Shown: positions 49,828-58,982 of the stretch, one piece after another
How the letters are laid out: every line of letters starts with the position of its first letter
Numbering within the stretch: the first letter of the stretch is position 1
Source of the DNA: Hyphomonadaceae bacterium
GTDB lineage: Bacteria > Pseudomonadota > Alphaproteobacteria > Caulobacterales > Hyphomonadaceae
Reading direction: 5' to 3'
DNA length: 64,000 bases
NCBI GenBank assembly: GCA_041398245.1
Contig: JAWKVC010000013.1
Location: forward strand, 4,104-68,103
Made by a program: the position numbers and the translations under genes
Notes under the pieces: generated by a model
Databases searched by the model: none
What the model saw: only the letters and a program-made list of their open reading frames with translations
What the model was told of the DNA's origin: nothing

Positions 49828-49997
49828 CACGCAAACCCCAAAAGAATCAGCGATTTTGGACTCTTGGCGGCCGGCAGAATCACAGTAACAAGTCTGAATC
49901 GGTTCCGCCGTCGTTAAGTAATCCGTTAACCTCTAGAGTGCCTAATGCGGTGGTTAATTACTCCGCCGCAAGGCAACCGCGATTCGGGAGAGACGTA

Positions 49998-50711
49998 ATG
50001 CGGGTCTTGTTGATCGAGGATGACGAGCAGGTCGCTCGCAGCATCGAACTGATGCTGAAAGCCGCCGGTTTCAACATCTTCACGACCGACCTTGGGGAAG
50101 ACGGTGTCGACCTCGGCAAGGTCTACGAATACGACCTTATCATCCTGGACCTCGGTCTGCCGGATATCTCAGGCTATGAAGTCCTGAAACAGCTCCGCAT
50201 GTCGCGCGTGAACACGCCCGTGCTGATCCTGTCGGCGAACCCCGATATCGAAGCGAAGGTGAAGACGCTCGGCTATGGCGCCGACGACTATCTCACCAAG
50301 CCGTTCAACAAGGACGAGCTGATCGCCCGTATCACCGCGATTGTCCGCCGTTCGAAAGGCCACGCCGAGAGCGTGATCCGCACCGGCGACATCATCGTGA
50401 ACCTGGACGCCAAGACCGTCGAAGTGAACAACAACCGTGTTCACCTCACCGGCAAGGAATACCAGATGTTCGAGCTGCTCTCCCTGCGCAAGGGAACGAC
50501 GCTCACCAAGGAAATGTTCCTCAACCACCTCTACGGTGGCATGGACGAACCGGAACTCAAGATCATCGACGTCTTCATCTGCAAGCTTCGCAAGAAGCTG
50601 GCGCAGGCGACGGGCGGTGATCACTTCATCGAAACCGTCTGGGGGCGCGGCTACGTTCTTCGCGATCCGGACCCGAGGGTTGCGGCAGCGGTCGCGGACC
50701 AAGCTGCCTGA
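49998..50711 (+). CDS. ctrA: Cell-cycle response regulator CtrA
   Basis: MRVLLIEDD..., receiver Asp in [60 protein letters not shown]...[14 protein letters not shown] is nearly identical to the Caulobacter CtrA C-terminal domain as I remember it. Confidence 0.93.
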   Translation: MRVLLIEDDEQVARSIELMLKAAGFNIFTTDLGEDGVDLGKVYEYDLIILDLGLPDISGYEVLKQLRMSRVNTPVLILSANPDIEAKVKTLGYGADDYLTKPFNKDELIARITAIVRRSKGHAESVIRTGDIIVNLDAKTVEVNNNRVHLTGKEYQMFELLSLRKGTTLTKEMFLNHLYGGMDEPELKIIDVFICKLRKKLAQATGGDHFIETVWGRGYVLRDPDPRVAAAVADQAA

Positions 50712-50743
50712 TCGCTGCCAACCCCGGGCTGACCAACACAAGA

Positions 50744-50778
50744 AGGGGCGGTGCTTCGGCGCCGCCCTTTCGCTTTTT
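50744..50778. terminator. Bidirectional-looking terminator between ctrA and the convergent gene
   Basis: GGGCGGTGC-TTCG-GCGCCGCCC (9 bp, one G-U), followed by TTTCGCTTTTT. Confidence 0.65.
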
Positions 50779-50798
50779 GGCGATCAGTGCTTCCGGAG

Positions 50799-51281
50799 TT
50801 ACGCAGCCTGTCCTGCGATCTCGTCCGGCGTCACGGCGACATCCGTCTTGTGTCCGAAGCCCTTTGCGTAATCGAGGATCGACAGCACTTTTGGCGTGAT
50901 GCGGATCACGGCCATTTCCGACATGTCCACCGACGACATCTGCTTTGCGATTTCCGGCCCGAAGCGCTGCATCATCAGCTGGCTGACATGCGCCAGCTCC
51001 TGCGGGTCGGTCACGATCGTCGCCTCGCCCGCCAGCGACAGGGACCGGATCTGGTCCCAGGTGTGATAGGGCGCGTCGGCCGTGACAGACACGCGCGGAT
51101 CGCGCGCGATGTTCGTCGCTTTCTGGCTCTTGCTCCACGTACCGAAATACAGCTTCAGCCCGTCGCTGACGAAGCTGACGGTTGTCGCCTGCGGCCAGCC
51201 ATCGGGCCGGTTGGTCGCAACAGTGATGTCGACTGACTTCTCAAGGATATCGAGCGCCAGTTTCAGGTCTTCCTGCGTCAT
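50799..51281 (-). CDS. Pyridoxamine 5'-phosphate oxidase-like (general stress protein 26-type) FMN-binding split-barrel protein
   Basis: VDITVATNRPDGWPQATTVSFVSDGLKLYFGTWSKSQKATNIARDPRVS. Start at MTQEDL or 24 nt upstream. Confidence 0.75.
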   Translation of the reverse strand: MTQEDLKLALDILEKSVDITVATNRPDGWPQATTVSFVSDGLKLYFGTWSKSQKATNIARDPRVSVTADAPYHTWDQIRSLSLAGEATIVTDPQELAHVSQLMMQRFGPEIAKQMSSVDMSEMAVIRITPKVLSILDYAKGFGHKTDVAVTPDEIAGQAA

Positions 51282-51395
51282 GACTCTGCTCCTGCGTCCC
51301 GCCACGGGCAGGCTTGCACGGCGCTACGGGCGTGCTCTGATCTGCATCAACGGACAGGCCGCGCCGGCGAAGGCGGCCATGGTGGAGACACTCGC

Positions 51396-51944
51396 ATGGA
51401 TCTGCGCGAAAGGCTGGCGCAAGACCTTCTCGGCTCGCCCTACACGGCGCTGACAAGTCAGAAGAAAAGCGTGATCGACCTGATCGCTGACCAGAAGCCG
51501 ACCGGGCTTGGCCCGCTCGGCCATACGGATGAGCGTGACTACTGGCAGAAGCTGGCCGACAAGGTCGCCAGCATCGGCGGCTCCTGGGGCTTCATCTTCG
51601 GCTTTGGCGTCACCCTGCTCGTCTGGGTTGTCACAAATCTGGCGCTCGGCGCCAGCCGCGCCTTTGACCCCTACCCCTTCATCTTCCTCAACCTGCTCCT
51701 GTCGATGATCGCGGCGATTCAGGCCCCGATCATCATGATGAGCCAGAACCGGCAGGCGGCCATCGATCGCGCAGCCGCGGAGCACGACTATGTCGTGAAC
51801 CTGCGGGCCGAGCTTGAGATCATGCTGCTGCACGACAAGCTGGATGCCCTGCGCGAGCGCGACATCCTCGCGCGCACAGACGCCATCAGCGCGCAGCTGA
51901 AACAGCTCTGCGATGACGTGGCGGCGCTCAAGGCCGGGACCTAG
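51396..51944 (+). CDS. DUF1003 domain membrane protein
   Basis: FDPYPFIFLNLLLSMIAAIQAPIIMMSQNRQ is the DUF1003 core. Confidence 0.8.
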   Translation: MDLRERLAQDLLGSPYTALTSQKKSVIDLIADQKPTGLGPLGHTDERDYWQKLADKVASIGGSWGFIFGFGVTLLVWVVTNLALGASRAFDPYPFIFLNLLLSMIAAIQAPIIMMSQNRQAAIDRAAAEHDYVVNLRAELEIMLLHDKLDALRERDILARTDAISAQLKQLCDDVAALKAGT

Positions 51945-52038
51945 GCTCCTCACTTCCAAAAAATCCCCGGGCTTTCATGCCAAGGACCCTTTACATTTGC
52001 CGGAAGACATGCAAAGTTACCTTGTCATTTAATCAAGG

Positions 52039-52476
52039 GTGCTTTTCATGACCTGGAAGCGGCTTCCTCCGTGGGCTCTTCTGCTTGTTGGAGTCGGGCC
52101 GATCGCCATTGTGCTGACGCTGAGCGATGCTTTGCCCAAGCCGGTGATGCTGCCGTTGGCGATGGCCTGCCTTCTCTGGGCCGGCGCGATGGCGACGCTG
52201 CACTGGAAGCGGCTCGACGAGGCCGCCAAGGCGGCGCACCGCTGGGCTTGGTACTGGGGCAGCAGTCTCGGCCTCGCCTTGGCCCTGCTGTTCGCAGCTT
52301 TTGCGTTCACGTCGCCGTCGGCGCTGTCCTTCGCGCAAGGCTGGGTCGATGCGAATGTGGAGCAGGGGCGGCCCGCGACAGCCATCTGGCTGTTCCTGGG
52401 CGTCATGGCGACGGGCGTGGCGCAGGGCCTCGGCTTCATCGTCGCCTACATTTACTGGTGGCTGGCGAAGCGTTGA
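52039..52476 (+). CDS. Hypothetical membrane protein (4 TM)
   Basis: Hydrophobic helices throughout. It lies directly upstream of the small XRE regulator, a common pairing. Confidence 0.55.
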   Translation: MLFMTWKRLPPWALLLVGVGPIAIVLTLSDALPKPVMLPLAMACLLWAGAMATLHWKRLDEAAKAAHRWAWYWGSSLGLALALLFAAFAFTSPSALSFAQGWVDANVEQGRPATAIWLFLGVMATGVAQGLGFIVAYIYWWLAKR

Positions 52477-52483
52477 GGCTGCG

Positions 52484-52678
52484 ATGAGGAACCGCATCAA
52501 GGTCCTGCGCGCCGAGCGCAACTGGACTCAGGCCGATCTCGCGCAGAAGCTCAACGTGTCGCGCAACTCGGTCAACGCCATCGAGACAGGGAAGTACGAT
52601 CCGTCCCTGCCCCTCGCTTTCCGGATCGCGGAAACATTCGATCTGCGGATCGAGGACATCTTCCAGAACAAGGAGTGA
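52484..52678 (+). CDS. Small XRE-family HTH transcriptional regulator
   Basis: 64 aa, LRAERNWTQADLAQKLNVSRNSVNAIETGKYDPSLPLAFRIA. Confidence 0.85.
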   Translation: MRNRIKVLRAERNWTQADLAQKLNVSRNSVNAIETGKYDPSLPLAFRIAETFDLRIEDIFQNKE

Positions 52679-52681
52679 GTT

Positions 52682-53122
52682 ATGCGTCTCTTCGGGAGCA
52701 ATCGCTGCAAGCCGGACCGTGACGGTATGACGGCCATCTATGCCGCCATCGCCGCCTCAATCCTGATGTGGTCCGGCGCCGCCGAGCGCCCCGCCCTCGG
52801 CCAGGTCGCGAGCACCTCCGCAGCCGACGCCAGCTCGCTGGCGGGCGACTGGGCCGGCGCGCTGGATGTGCAGGGCATTCAGCTGCGGCTTGTTCTCCAC
52901 GTCGCAACGAAGGACGGGACAACGACGGCGACGCTGGACTCGCTCGATCAGGACGCGACCGGCATTCCTGTCTCCGCGATTATGCGGACCGGAGATCAGA
53001 TGTCGTTCGAGATCGCCGCGATCGCCGGCAGCTTCAAGGGTGACCTGTCCGCCGATGGAAAGACCGCGACGGGTCAATGGTCGCAGAACGGATACGATCT
53101 GCCGCTGACGATGAAGCGCTAG
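52682..53122 (+). CDS. Hypothetical secreted protein
   Basis: Hydrophobic N-terminus (start 52682 or 52727). GDWAGALDVQGIQLRLVLHV...ATGQWSQNG resembles the N-terminal domain found on some serine hydrolases. Confidence 0.5.
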   Translation: MRLFGSNRCKPDRDGMTAIYAAIAASILMWSGAAERPALGQVASTSAADASSLAGDWAGALDVQGIQLRLVLHVATKDGTTTATLDSLDQDATGIPVSAIMRTGDQMSFEIAAIAGSFKGDLSADGKTATGQWSQNGYDLPLTMKR

Positions 53123-53159
53123 CGCCGCATCGTCAGCACGGCCCGGGCGAAGCGCGACG

Positions 53160-54359
53160 CTACTTCGCCGTCCAAGCGGCCGCCTGCTTGCCCGCAATGC
53201 GCACGAGATCGCCCATCGAATGGTCGACATCGATCAGGTGCAGACCCCAGTTGAGATCCGGTCCGGTGGCGCGGATCACTTCGCCGCCCAGCTCGTCGGT
53301 GCGCGCGTCGGCCGGATTGGCGTTCACATGCATCTCGAGATAGGTGAACTCGCCCTTGTTGACGCATTTGGTGGAGACGAGGCCCGGCGTCTTCACGAAC
53401 GGCGTTGCGACCTGCGGCTCAGGCTTCGCCCAGGCCGGCTGTGTCGTGCCGCCGGAGCCATTGAGGAAGCCCTTCGCCAGCCAGTAGGAGTCCGGCGTTC
53501 CCTGCCCGCTGGCGAGGTTCGCCGGATTGTTGCAGGCGGCGACCTTGTCGCCATTGGTGCGTCCGAAGCGCGAGGTGGACGGCGGCGGATTGGTGTCGCG
53601 GAACGACGCATACGAGATCACGCAACCCGTCTGGTCCTCTGCACGGCACAGCGGAATCGAGGTGTAGGTTCCGCCGGTATCCTTGCCCGGCGGCACCATC
53701 ACGGCCGCGCCGAGAATGTAGGCGGAGACGAACTGCTTTTCGGCGGCCTTGCCTTCGATCTCGTTGGCGATCAGCCGCGCGATCACGCCAGCGCCCTGGC
53801 TGTGGCCGATCAGGATCACGCCGCGGCCGGCATTCTCGTTCGCCATGTACCAGTTCCAGGCGTCGACCACGTCATTGTAACCGCCAACGCCTTGCGGGAG
53901 CCGCTCGCCTTCCGGCTGCGGACCGCCCGAGGCCATGCGCAAGGCCGTCAACGTTGTCTGGCGATAGATCGGCGCGAACTGGCGGCACACAGAACCGAAG
54001 CGCGCGAACTGCAGTTTGACGTCGTCGATTTCCATGTTGTCGACGGTCCAGTCTGACGCCCACCCCTTGTCGAGCGACACGGTGGGATACACGAAGAAGC
54101 AATCGACCTTCGGATCAGTCGCAGCCTGATAACGCTCCACCGTTGTCTTGCCGTCGCCGGCGATGACTGTTGCGTCGAGATCGATCTTGCACTTGTCGTC
54201 CGCGAGCCCGGGGCGGCACAGCCACAGCGACGGGTTGCCATAGTCTGCATGCGCGACATCGACGGTGGGCAAGGGCTGAAGCTCAAGCGGCGGCGGCGCG
54301 CTTGTGCATCCCGCCGCAAGGGCCGTTGCAAGTGTAAGGCTCGCCAGGATTGCGCGCAT
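53160..54359 (-). CDS. DUF3089-like alpha/beta hydrolase lipoprotein
   Basis: Lipobox ALAAGC and nucleophile elbow GHSQGA. Confidence 0.75.
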   Translation of the reverse strand: MRAILASLTLATALAAGCTSAPPPLELQPLPTVDVAHADYGNPSLWLCRPGLADDKCKIDLDATVIAGDGKTTVERYQAATDPKVDCFFVYPTVSLDKGWASDWTVDNMEIDDVKLQFARFGSVCRQFAPIYRQTTLTALRMASGGPQPEGERLPQGVGGYNDVVDAWNWYMANENAGRGVILIGHSQGAGVIARLIANEIEGKAAEKQFVSAYILGAAVMVPPGKDTGGTYTSIPLCRAEDQTGCVISYASFRDTNPPPSTSRFGRTNGDKVAACNNPANLASGQGTPDSYWLAKGFLNGSGGTTQPAWAKPEPQVATPFVKTPGLVSTKCVNKGEFTYLEMHVNANPADARTDELGGEVIRATGPDLNWGLHLIDVDHSMGDLVRIAGKQAAAWTAK

Positions 54360-54482
54360 CGGTCTCTCCTCCCCTGATGGCGGTCATCGCCGCCTTGGAC
54401 CGGAGCTAAGTCCCAACTGCGCAGGGACGCAAGCACAAGCGCTTTCACGGCTGCGCGACGGTTGGAAACGCCTCGTCAGACC

Positions 54483-54521
54483 CCCAAAAGCAAGAGGCCC
54501 GGCTGTTTCCAGCCGGGCCTC
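54483..54521 (-). terminator. Rho-independent terminator ending the tonB-exbBDD-TPR operon
   Basis: GAGGCCCGGCTG-TTTC-CAGCCGGGCCTC, perfect 12-bp stem, followed on the minus strand by TTGCTTTTGGGGG. Confidence 0.65.
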
Positions 54522-54551
54522 GCATGTCTGTCGGCTTGTCGCCGCTGCGCC

Positions 54552-55814
54552 TTACATCTTGGCGATAGCGATCCACGACTTGGCCAGCCAGGCCGCGCCG
54601 TTTTCCGACTTGATCGACTGCCAGGTCTTGGTGGCGTCGGACTTCTTCTTCGCCTGGAACTGGGCGACGCCCATACGCAGCTTCACGAGATCTGTCTTGC
54701 CGGCGTCCATCTGACCCTTGTCGAGGGCCTTCTGGAAAATCTCGATGGCCTTGGTGGCGTTGCCGGAGGCCAGATAGGCCTCTGCGACATCAGCCAGCGC
54801 GTCTCCGCTGACACGCGTCGCCGCGTCGGCTTCGCTCTTGGCGAGTTCGCCGCCGAGGTCCGCCTGGGCGTCCTTCTTGACGGCTTCGAACAGGCTCTTG
54901 TTGCGGGCCGCTTCTTTGTCGCCCGCGCCGCCGAGCGCGCCGGACTTGAACAGCGGCTCCCAGATGTTGACGGCTTCGATGGCGAGACCGCGTTTGCGCG
55001 CCGCATCCGCCATCTCGTTCAGTTCGGTCGTCGACAGCTTCACGCCGGCCGCCTGCAAGGCGCGATAGACGTCGAGCAGTGCATCGTTGGAGCGGTAGTT
55101 CGCCTCCTTCTTGGTGCGCTCGATCAGCATGCGCCAATAGGTGTCCTGCTTCATCGACGGCGCGATGCGCTCAACCGTCTTGTAGAACTCGTCCATCTTG
55201 TTCTGGCCGGCGTACGCGTTCAGCAGGATGTTGTACTGCGCGGAGCCCGACGAGCCCTTGGCGATCGCCTGATTGATGAACTTTATGGCCTCGTTGTAGT
55301 TCTTGGCCTCGAGCTCCTTGCGCGCCACGAAGGCGAGCTGCTGACCGGTGCCGCCGTATTTCGAGATGTTGGCCTTGGTCTGGGCCAGCGCCTTGGCGCT
55401 CTGACCGGCCGACTCGTAACGGCCAGCAAGCATCTCGTCATAGTTGCGGACCAGCTGGGCCGGCAGGCCGCCTGTGCCCTTGGCCTTCTCGATCGCATCG
55501 ATGCAGGCCTTGTGATCATTCTGCCGCGTATCGCAGCGCGCGGACACGCGGATCTGCTCGACCGCGGCTTTCTGCTGCGTGGTTGTCGCGTGCGGCCAGG
55601 CGGCGTCCGCCTTCTGGATCGCTTCGGCGAACTTGCGCCCCTGCAGCGCAGCGTTCGCTGCGTTGAAGTTCTCAACGAACTCCTTCTTCGCCGTCACCTG
55701 CGCCGTCGCGGCCGGAGCCGTAGCGACGGTCACGCTGGCGAAGCCAAGCGCACCGAGGAGCCCGAGCCCAACGGCGGGCAGGCTGTTGCGCATGGTTTTG
55801 CCGAACGTCCGCAT
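54552..55814 (-). CDS. Tetratricopeptide-repeat periplasmic protein
   Basis: Start MRTFGK preceded by GGAGG. Signal peptide, then repeated Ala/Lys/Tyr-rich TPR-like helices. It is the last gene of the TonB system operon. Confidence 0.7.
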   Translation of the reverse strand: MRTFGKTMRNSLPAVGLGLLGALGFASVTVATAPAATAQVTAKKEFVENFNAANAALQGRKFAEAIQKADAAWPHATTTQQKAAVEQIRVSARCDTRQNDHKACIDAIEKAKGTGGLPAQLVRNYDEMLAGRYESAGQSAKALAQTKANISKYGGTGQQLAFVARKELEAKNYNEAIKFINQAIAKGSSGSAQYNILLNAYAGQNKMDEFYKTVERIAPSMKQDTYWRMLIERTKKEANYRSNDALLDVYRALQAAGVKLSTTELNEMADAARKRGLAIEAVNIWEPLFKSGALGGAGDKEAARNKSLFEAVKKDAQADLGGELAKSEADAATRVSGDALADVAEAYLASGNATKAIEIFQKALDKGQMDAGKTDLVKLRMGVAQFQAKKKSDATKTWQSIKSENGAAWLAKSWIAIAKM

Positions 55815-55959
55815 CTTCAATACCTCCACCTTTTCATTCCGATATAGTCCGCACAGTCTCGGCCTCAATCTGCTTTTCTCAGCTCCAACTGCGCAAGGAC
55901 GGCGCCTGTCCTGTGGGGAAAGGCGCCGCCTTTAGATAACCCGGCCAAATGAGGCGATA

Positions 55960-56379
55960 TCAAGTTCCCCCGATGACGCCCATCTTCTTAAGGCCGTTAC
56001 GCTGCACCGACGCCATGACGTGGGCCACAACGCCGTATTTTGCATCACGATCCGGCTCAATGTGGATCTCGGGCTGGATCGAGCGTTCCGCTTCGATCTT
56101 GAGATTCGCATCGAGCTGACTTCTGGAAACGGTCTCGCCCATCCACAGAATGGAACCGTTGAAGTCGATCATGATCCGGATCGGATCCGGGTTGTCTTCC
56201 GGCGGCGGCGGCGCATTCGGCGGCGGCGGAAGCGGCGTGTCGAGCTTCACCGCGTGCCGCTGCGGCGGCAGCGTCACGATCAGCATGATCAGCAGCACCA
56301 GCATCACGTCGATCAACGGCGTGGTGTTGATGTCCACCATCGGCTCGCCTTCAGCCTGTTCGCCGACTGCCATTGCCAT
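55960..56379 (-). CDS. exbD: Biopolymer transport protein ExbD/TolR
   Basis: INTTPLIDVMLVLLIMLIV TM segment plus a periplasmic domain. Confidence 0.9.
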   Translation of the reverse strand: MAMAVGEQAEGEPMVDINTTPLIDVMLVLLIMLIVTLPPQRHAVKLDTPLPPPPNAPPPPEDNPDPIRIMIDFNGSILWMGETVSRSQLDANLKIEAERSIQPEIHIEPDRDAKYGVVAHVMASVQRNGLKKMGVIGGT

Positions 56380-56422
56380 GAGGACTAACTCCCGTGGCCC
56401 GAAGGGCCCTAACTGATGCTAT

Positions 56423-56902
56423 CTACTTCCCGCCAGGTCCGGACAGACGTCCGGGAGGCGGAGCTTTCGTGATGAAGCCGATCTTCAGGATGCCGGACCG
56501 CTGCGCGACCTCAACGACCTCGCCGACCTTGTAGTATTCGGTCAGCAGGTCCCCGCGGATGTGCACTTCCGGCTGGGGATTTTCCCGAGCCACAACTGCA
56601 AGCCGCTGGGCCAGTTGGTCCTTGGTGATCTCGCTGGTGTTCCAGTAGATCGCGCCGCGGGTGTCGACGGCAAGGTTGATATTCTCCTTGCGCGGGATCA
56701 CCACGACGTTGCGCTCCTCCGGGAGGATCACTGGCACCGTGCCCACGGCGACGGGCACAGTGATCAGGAAGATGATCAGCATCACGAGCATGATGTCGAC
56801 CAGCGGCGTCGTATTGATCGTCGAGTTGATCGGCGACGAGTCTTCTTCCACCAGCGAAATGCCAGCCGGATTCCCGACAGAGCTTTCTTGATGTTCAGCC
56901 AT
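56423..56902 (-). CDS. exbD: Biopolymer transport protein ExbD/TolR (second copy)
   Basis: INTTPLVDIMLVMLIIFLI TM segment plus a periplasmic domain. Confidence 0.9.
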   Translation of the reverse strand: MAEHQESSVGNPAGISLVEEDSSPINSTINTTPLVDIMLVMLIIFLITVPVAVGTVPVILPEERNVVVIPRKENINLAVDTRGAIYWNTSEITKDQLAQRLAVVARENPQPEVHIRGDLLTEYYKVGEVVEVAQRSGILKIGFITKAPPPGRLSGPGGK

Positions 56903-56930
56903 GATCGGCTCTCCTCAAGCGCCCCAGGTC

Positions 56931-57821
56931 CTAGGCTTTCGCCGACGACGCCATCAGCTTGTCGACGTCGAACGAGAAGTGACGGGCAGCGTCGTAGATC
57001 ACTTTGTTGCGGCGGCCGAGCAGGTTGTAGAACACAACCGCGGGCACCGCGACGGCGAGACCGATGGCGGTCATGATCAGCGCTTCACCGACCGGACCGG
57101 CGACTTTCTCGATCGAGGCGTCGCCTTCGGCGGTGATGGTGATGAGCGCGTTCACGATGCCCCACACCGTGCCGAACAGACCGACGAACGGGCAGATGGA
57201 GCCGACGGTGCCAAGGAAGGCCATGCCGCCTTGCAGACGGTTGTTGACGCGCTCGAGCTCGATGCCGACCTGGTGAGCCATGCGGTCCGAGCGGCCGATG
57301 CGGGCGCCGAGACCGGCCTGCGCGCTGTTCGCCTGGGCGATGGCGCCTTCAGCAATGTTGCGGAACGCGCTGTTGCGGCCAAGGATGTCGAGGCCTTCGT
57401 CCAGCGTGTTGGCATCCCAGAAGGCGGGGATCTTCTTCATCTGGTTGCCCAGGATGAACTGGTCCACAGCCTTGGTGGCGGCGATGTAGATCGTGCCGGT
57501 GAACATGAAGATCATGATGATCAGCGTGCCGCGGGCAACAAAGTCGCCTTTGTTCCACACTTCCATAACCGAGAAGGCTTCGCCGACGCCCTTGCCTTTT
57601 TCTTCGCCCTCGGCGGCGGTTTCTTCGGCCGGAGCAGCGGCGTCGACAGCCGGCGTTTCCGGCGCAGCGACCGGTGCATCGTCCATCGGAAGGGTGGGAA
57701 TATCAGCCGGCTGGGCCACAGCGACCAGCGGCATGAACATCATTGCAGCAAGCGCGGCCAGCAGGATGCCGATTGGGTTGGCCCGCCGCTTCCGACCATC
57801 CCCGAGATACGCCGTTTTCAT
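56931..57821 (-). CDS. exbB: MotA/TolQ/ExbB proton channel protein (long form with N-terminal periplasmic extension)
   Basis: Signal-like N-terminus and Ala/Pro/Glu-rich extension. C-terminal ExbB core LGTVGSICPFVGLFGTVWGI...AGPVGEALIMTAIGLAVAVPAV. Confidence 0.9.
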   Translation of the reverse strand: MKTAYLGDGRKRRANPIGILLAALAAMMFMPLVAVAQPADIPTLPMDDAPVAAPETPAVDAAAPAEETAAEGEEKGKGVGEAFSVMEVWNKGDFVARGTLIIMIFMFTGTIYIAATKAVDQFILGNQMKKIPAFWDANTLDEGLDILGRNSAFRNIAEGAIAQANSAQAGLGARIGRSDRMAHQVGIELERVNNRLQGGMAFLGTVGSICPFVGLFGTVWGIVNALITITAEGDASIEKVAGPVGEALIMTAIGLAVAVPAVVFYNLLGRRNKVIYDAARHFSFDVDKLMASSAKA

Positions 57822-57958
57822 TACCGTCTTCTCCTCATTCGGGTTTGCCCCGAGACTACTTTTGGCAGAGCGAAGCTATCCCTTCGTCCTGCCTTCTCCA
57901 CAGACCTGTTGTGGTCGCTGACACCCGGCCACCCGACCGGAATCTCCCCGCGCCCGTC

Positions 57959-58633
57959 CTACTTTGGAAGCTGCCAGACAAGCGTCATGGTGTACGGCGG
58001 ATATTGCGGCGGACACCACGCGACTGCCTTGCCTTGCCCATCCTTGGCCGGCGTGAAACGCAACCGCGGGATACCCTTCACCGCGGCGTCATCGAGCGCA
58101 TCCACGCCGCTCGACTTGATAACCTGCACGTCAGACGCGCGGCCATCAGCGCTCATGCACATGGAGAGCGTCACTTCGCCTTCCTGCTTACGGCGGAGAG
58201 CGCTCTGCGGATAATCGTCTTGCAGCAGCTTTGCGAAGCCGCGCGCGTCAGCTTTCGGGCTGACAGCCGGACGCTGCGGCGGGGCCGGCTTGGCGGCGGG
58301 CGCTGGCGGCGGCGGCGGCGCCGGATTCGGCACAGCCTGAACTTGCTGGATCGCGTTCGGCTGCGGCGGCGGCGTCTCGAACACGAAGTCGGGCAGGATC
58401 ACCTGCGGCGGCGGCGGCGGAAGATCGATATCGACCGGCGGCGGCGGTGGCGGCTCGTCCTTGATCTCTTCAACTTCCTCGATCATCACCACTTCGGTTT
58501 CGACCGGGGGCTTGTGGTACATGGCGCCAAAGCCATTCGCGACAGCCACAGCCGTGCCGGCCAGCACCGCCACAGAAGTGGCCAGGCCCACGGCACGCGT
58601 TTGTGTGGTGTTCCGCTTTGTAGCGTAGTACAT
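57959..58633 (-). CDS. tonB: Energy transducer TonB
   Basis: TM anchor, Pro-rich spacer (PPPPPPVDIDLPPPPPQ...PPPPPAPAAKPAPP), and a C-terminal TonB domain (YPQSALRRKQEGEVTLSMCMSADGRASDVQVIKSSG...LRFTPA). The start could be 58633 or 58684. Confidence 0.88.
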   Translation of the reverse strand: MYYATKRNTTQTRAVGLATSVAVLAGTAVAVANGFGAMYHKPPVETEVVMIEEVEEIKDEPPPPPPVDIDLPPPPPQVILPDFVFETPPPQPNAIQQVQAVPNPAPPPPPAPAAKPAPPQRPAVSPKADARGFAKLLQDDYPQSALRRKQEGEVTLSMCMSADGRASDVQVIKSSGVDALDDAAVKGIPRLRFTPAKDGQGKAVAWCPPQYPPYTMTLVWQLPK

Positions 58634-58982
58634 GTCTCTCTCGCTCTCGACGCCCCAAGGTTCCTGCCCCAGCCTATTGGCCATCGGTGGCGGAACCGGA
58701 TTTTTATGCCTTCCTTTTGCCGCAAGCGCCAGACGGGCCGAACCGTTTTTTGCAGAACAGCCTTGTGCGTTGTCGTCGCATTTCTTGCAAAATGCGGCGA
58801 GCGGCCGGGGTCTTGGGAACGGCTATTTCTAGGCTTCTGCGCCACTCCGCCGGGGGGAGCCGGCGACCCTCTGTTGAGGCGCATATGCCCTGTACGTCAT
58901 CGTGCGTCAACGCAGCGGAACGTTCCGGTGTTCAACTTTCCGCGGGAAACTGCGGGGTGCGCCTGCGGCGCCCGATCTGCAA

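Noticed and set aside
49914-49930. TTAAGTAATCCGTTAAC as a CtrA box upstream of ctrA.
   Set aside because: The spacing is TTAA-N8-TTAAC, one base longer than the N7 consensus. It is kept only as a note, and the one-mismatch N7 site at 49812-49827 is the better candidate.
52039-52678. Membrane protein plus small XRE regulator as a toxin-antitoxin or abortive-infection pair.
   Set aside because: This pairing of a small YgzD-like HTH with a multi-TM protein is widespread. There is no toxin-like domain and no mobile-element context.
58270-58450. GC-rich short tandem repeats (GGCGGCGGC/CCGCCGCC runs) as a simple-sequence repeat locus.
   Set aside because: They encode the Pro-rich spacer of TonB on the minus strand.
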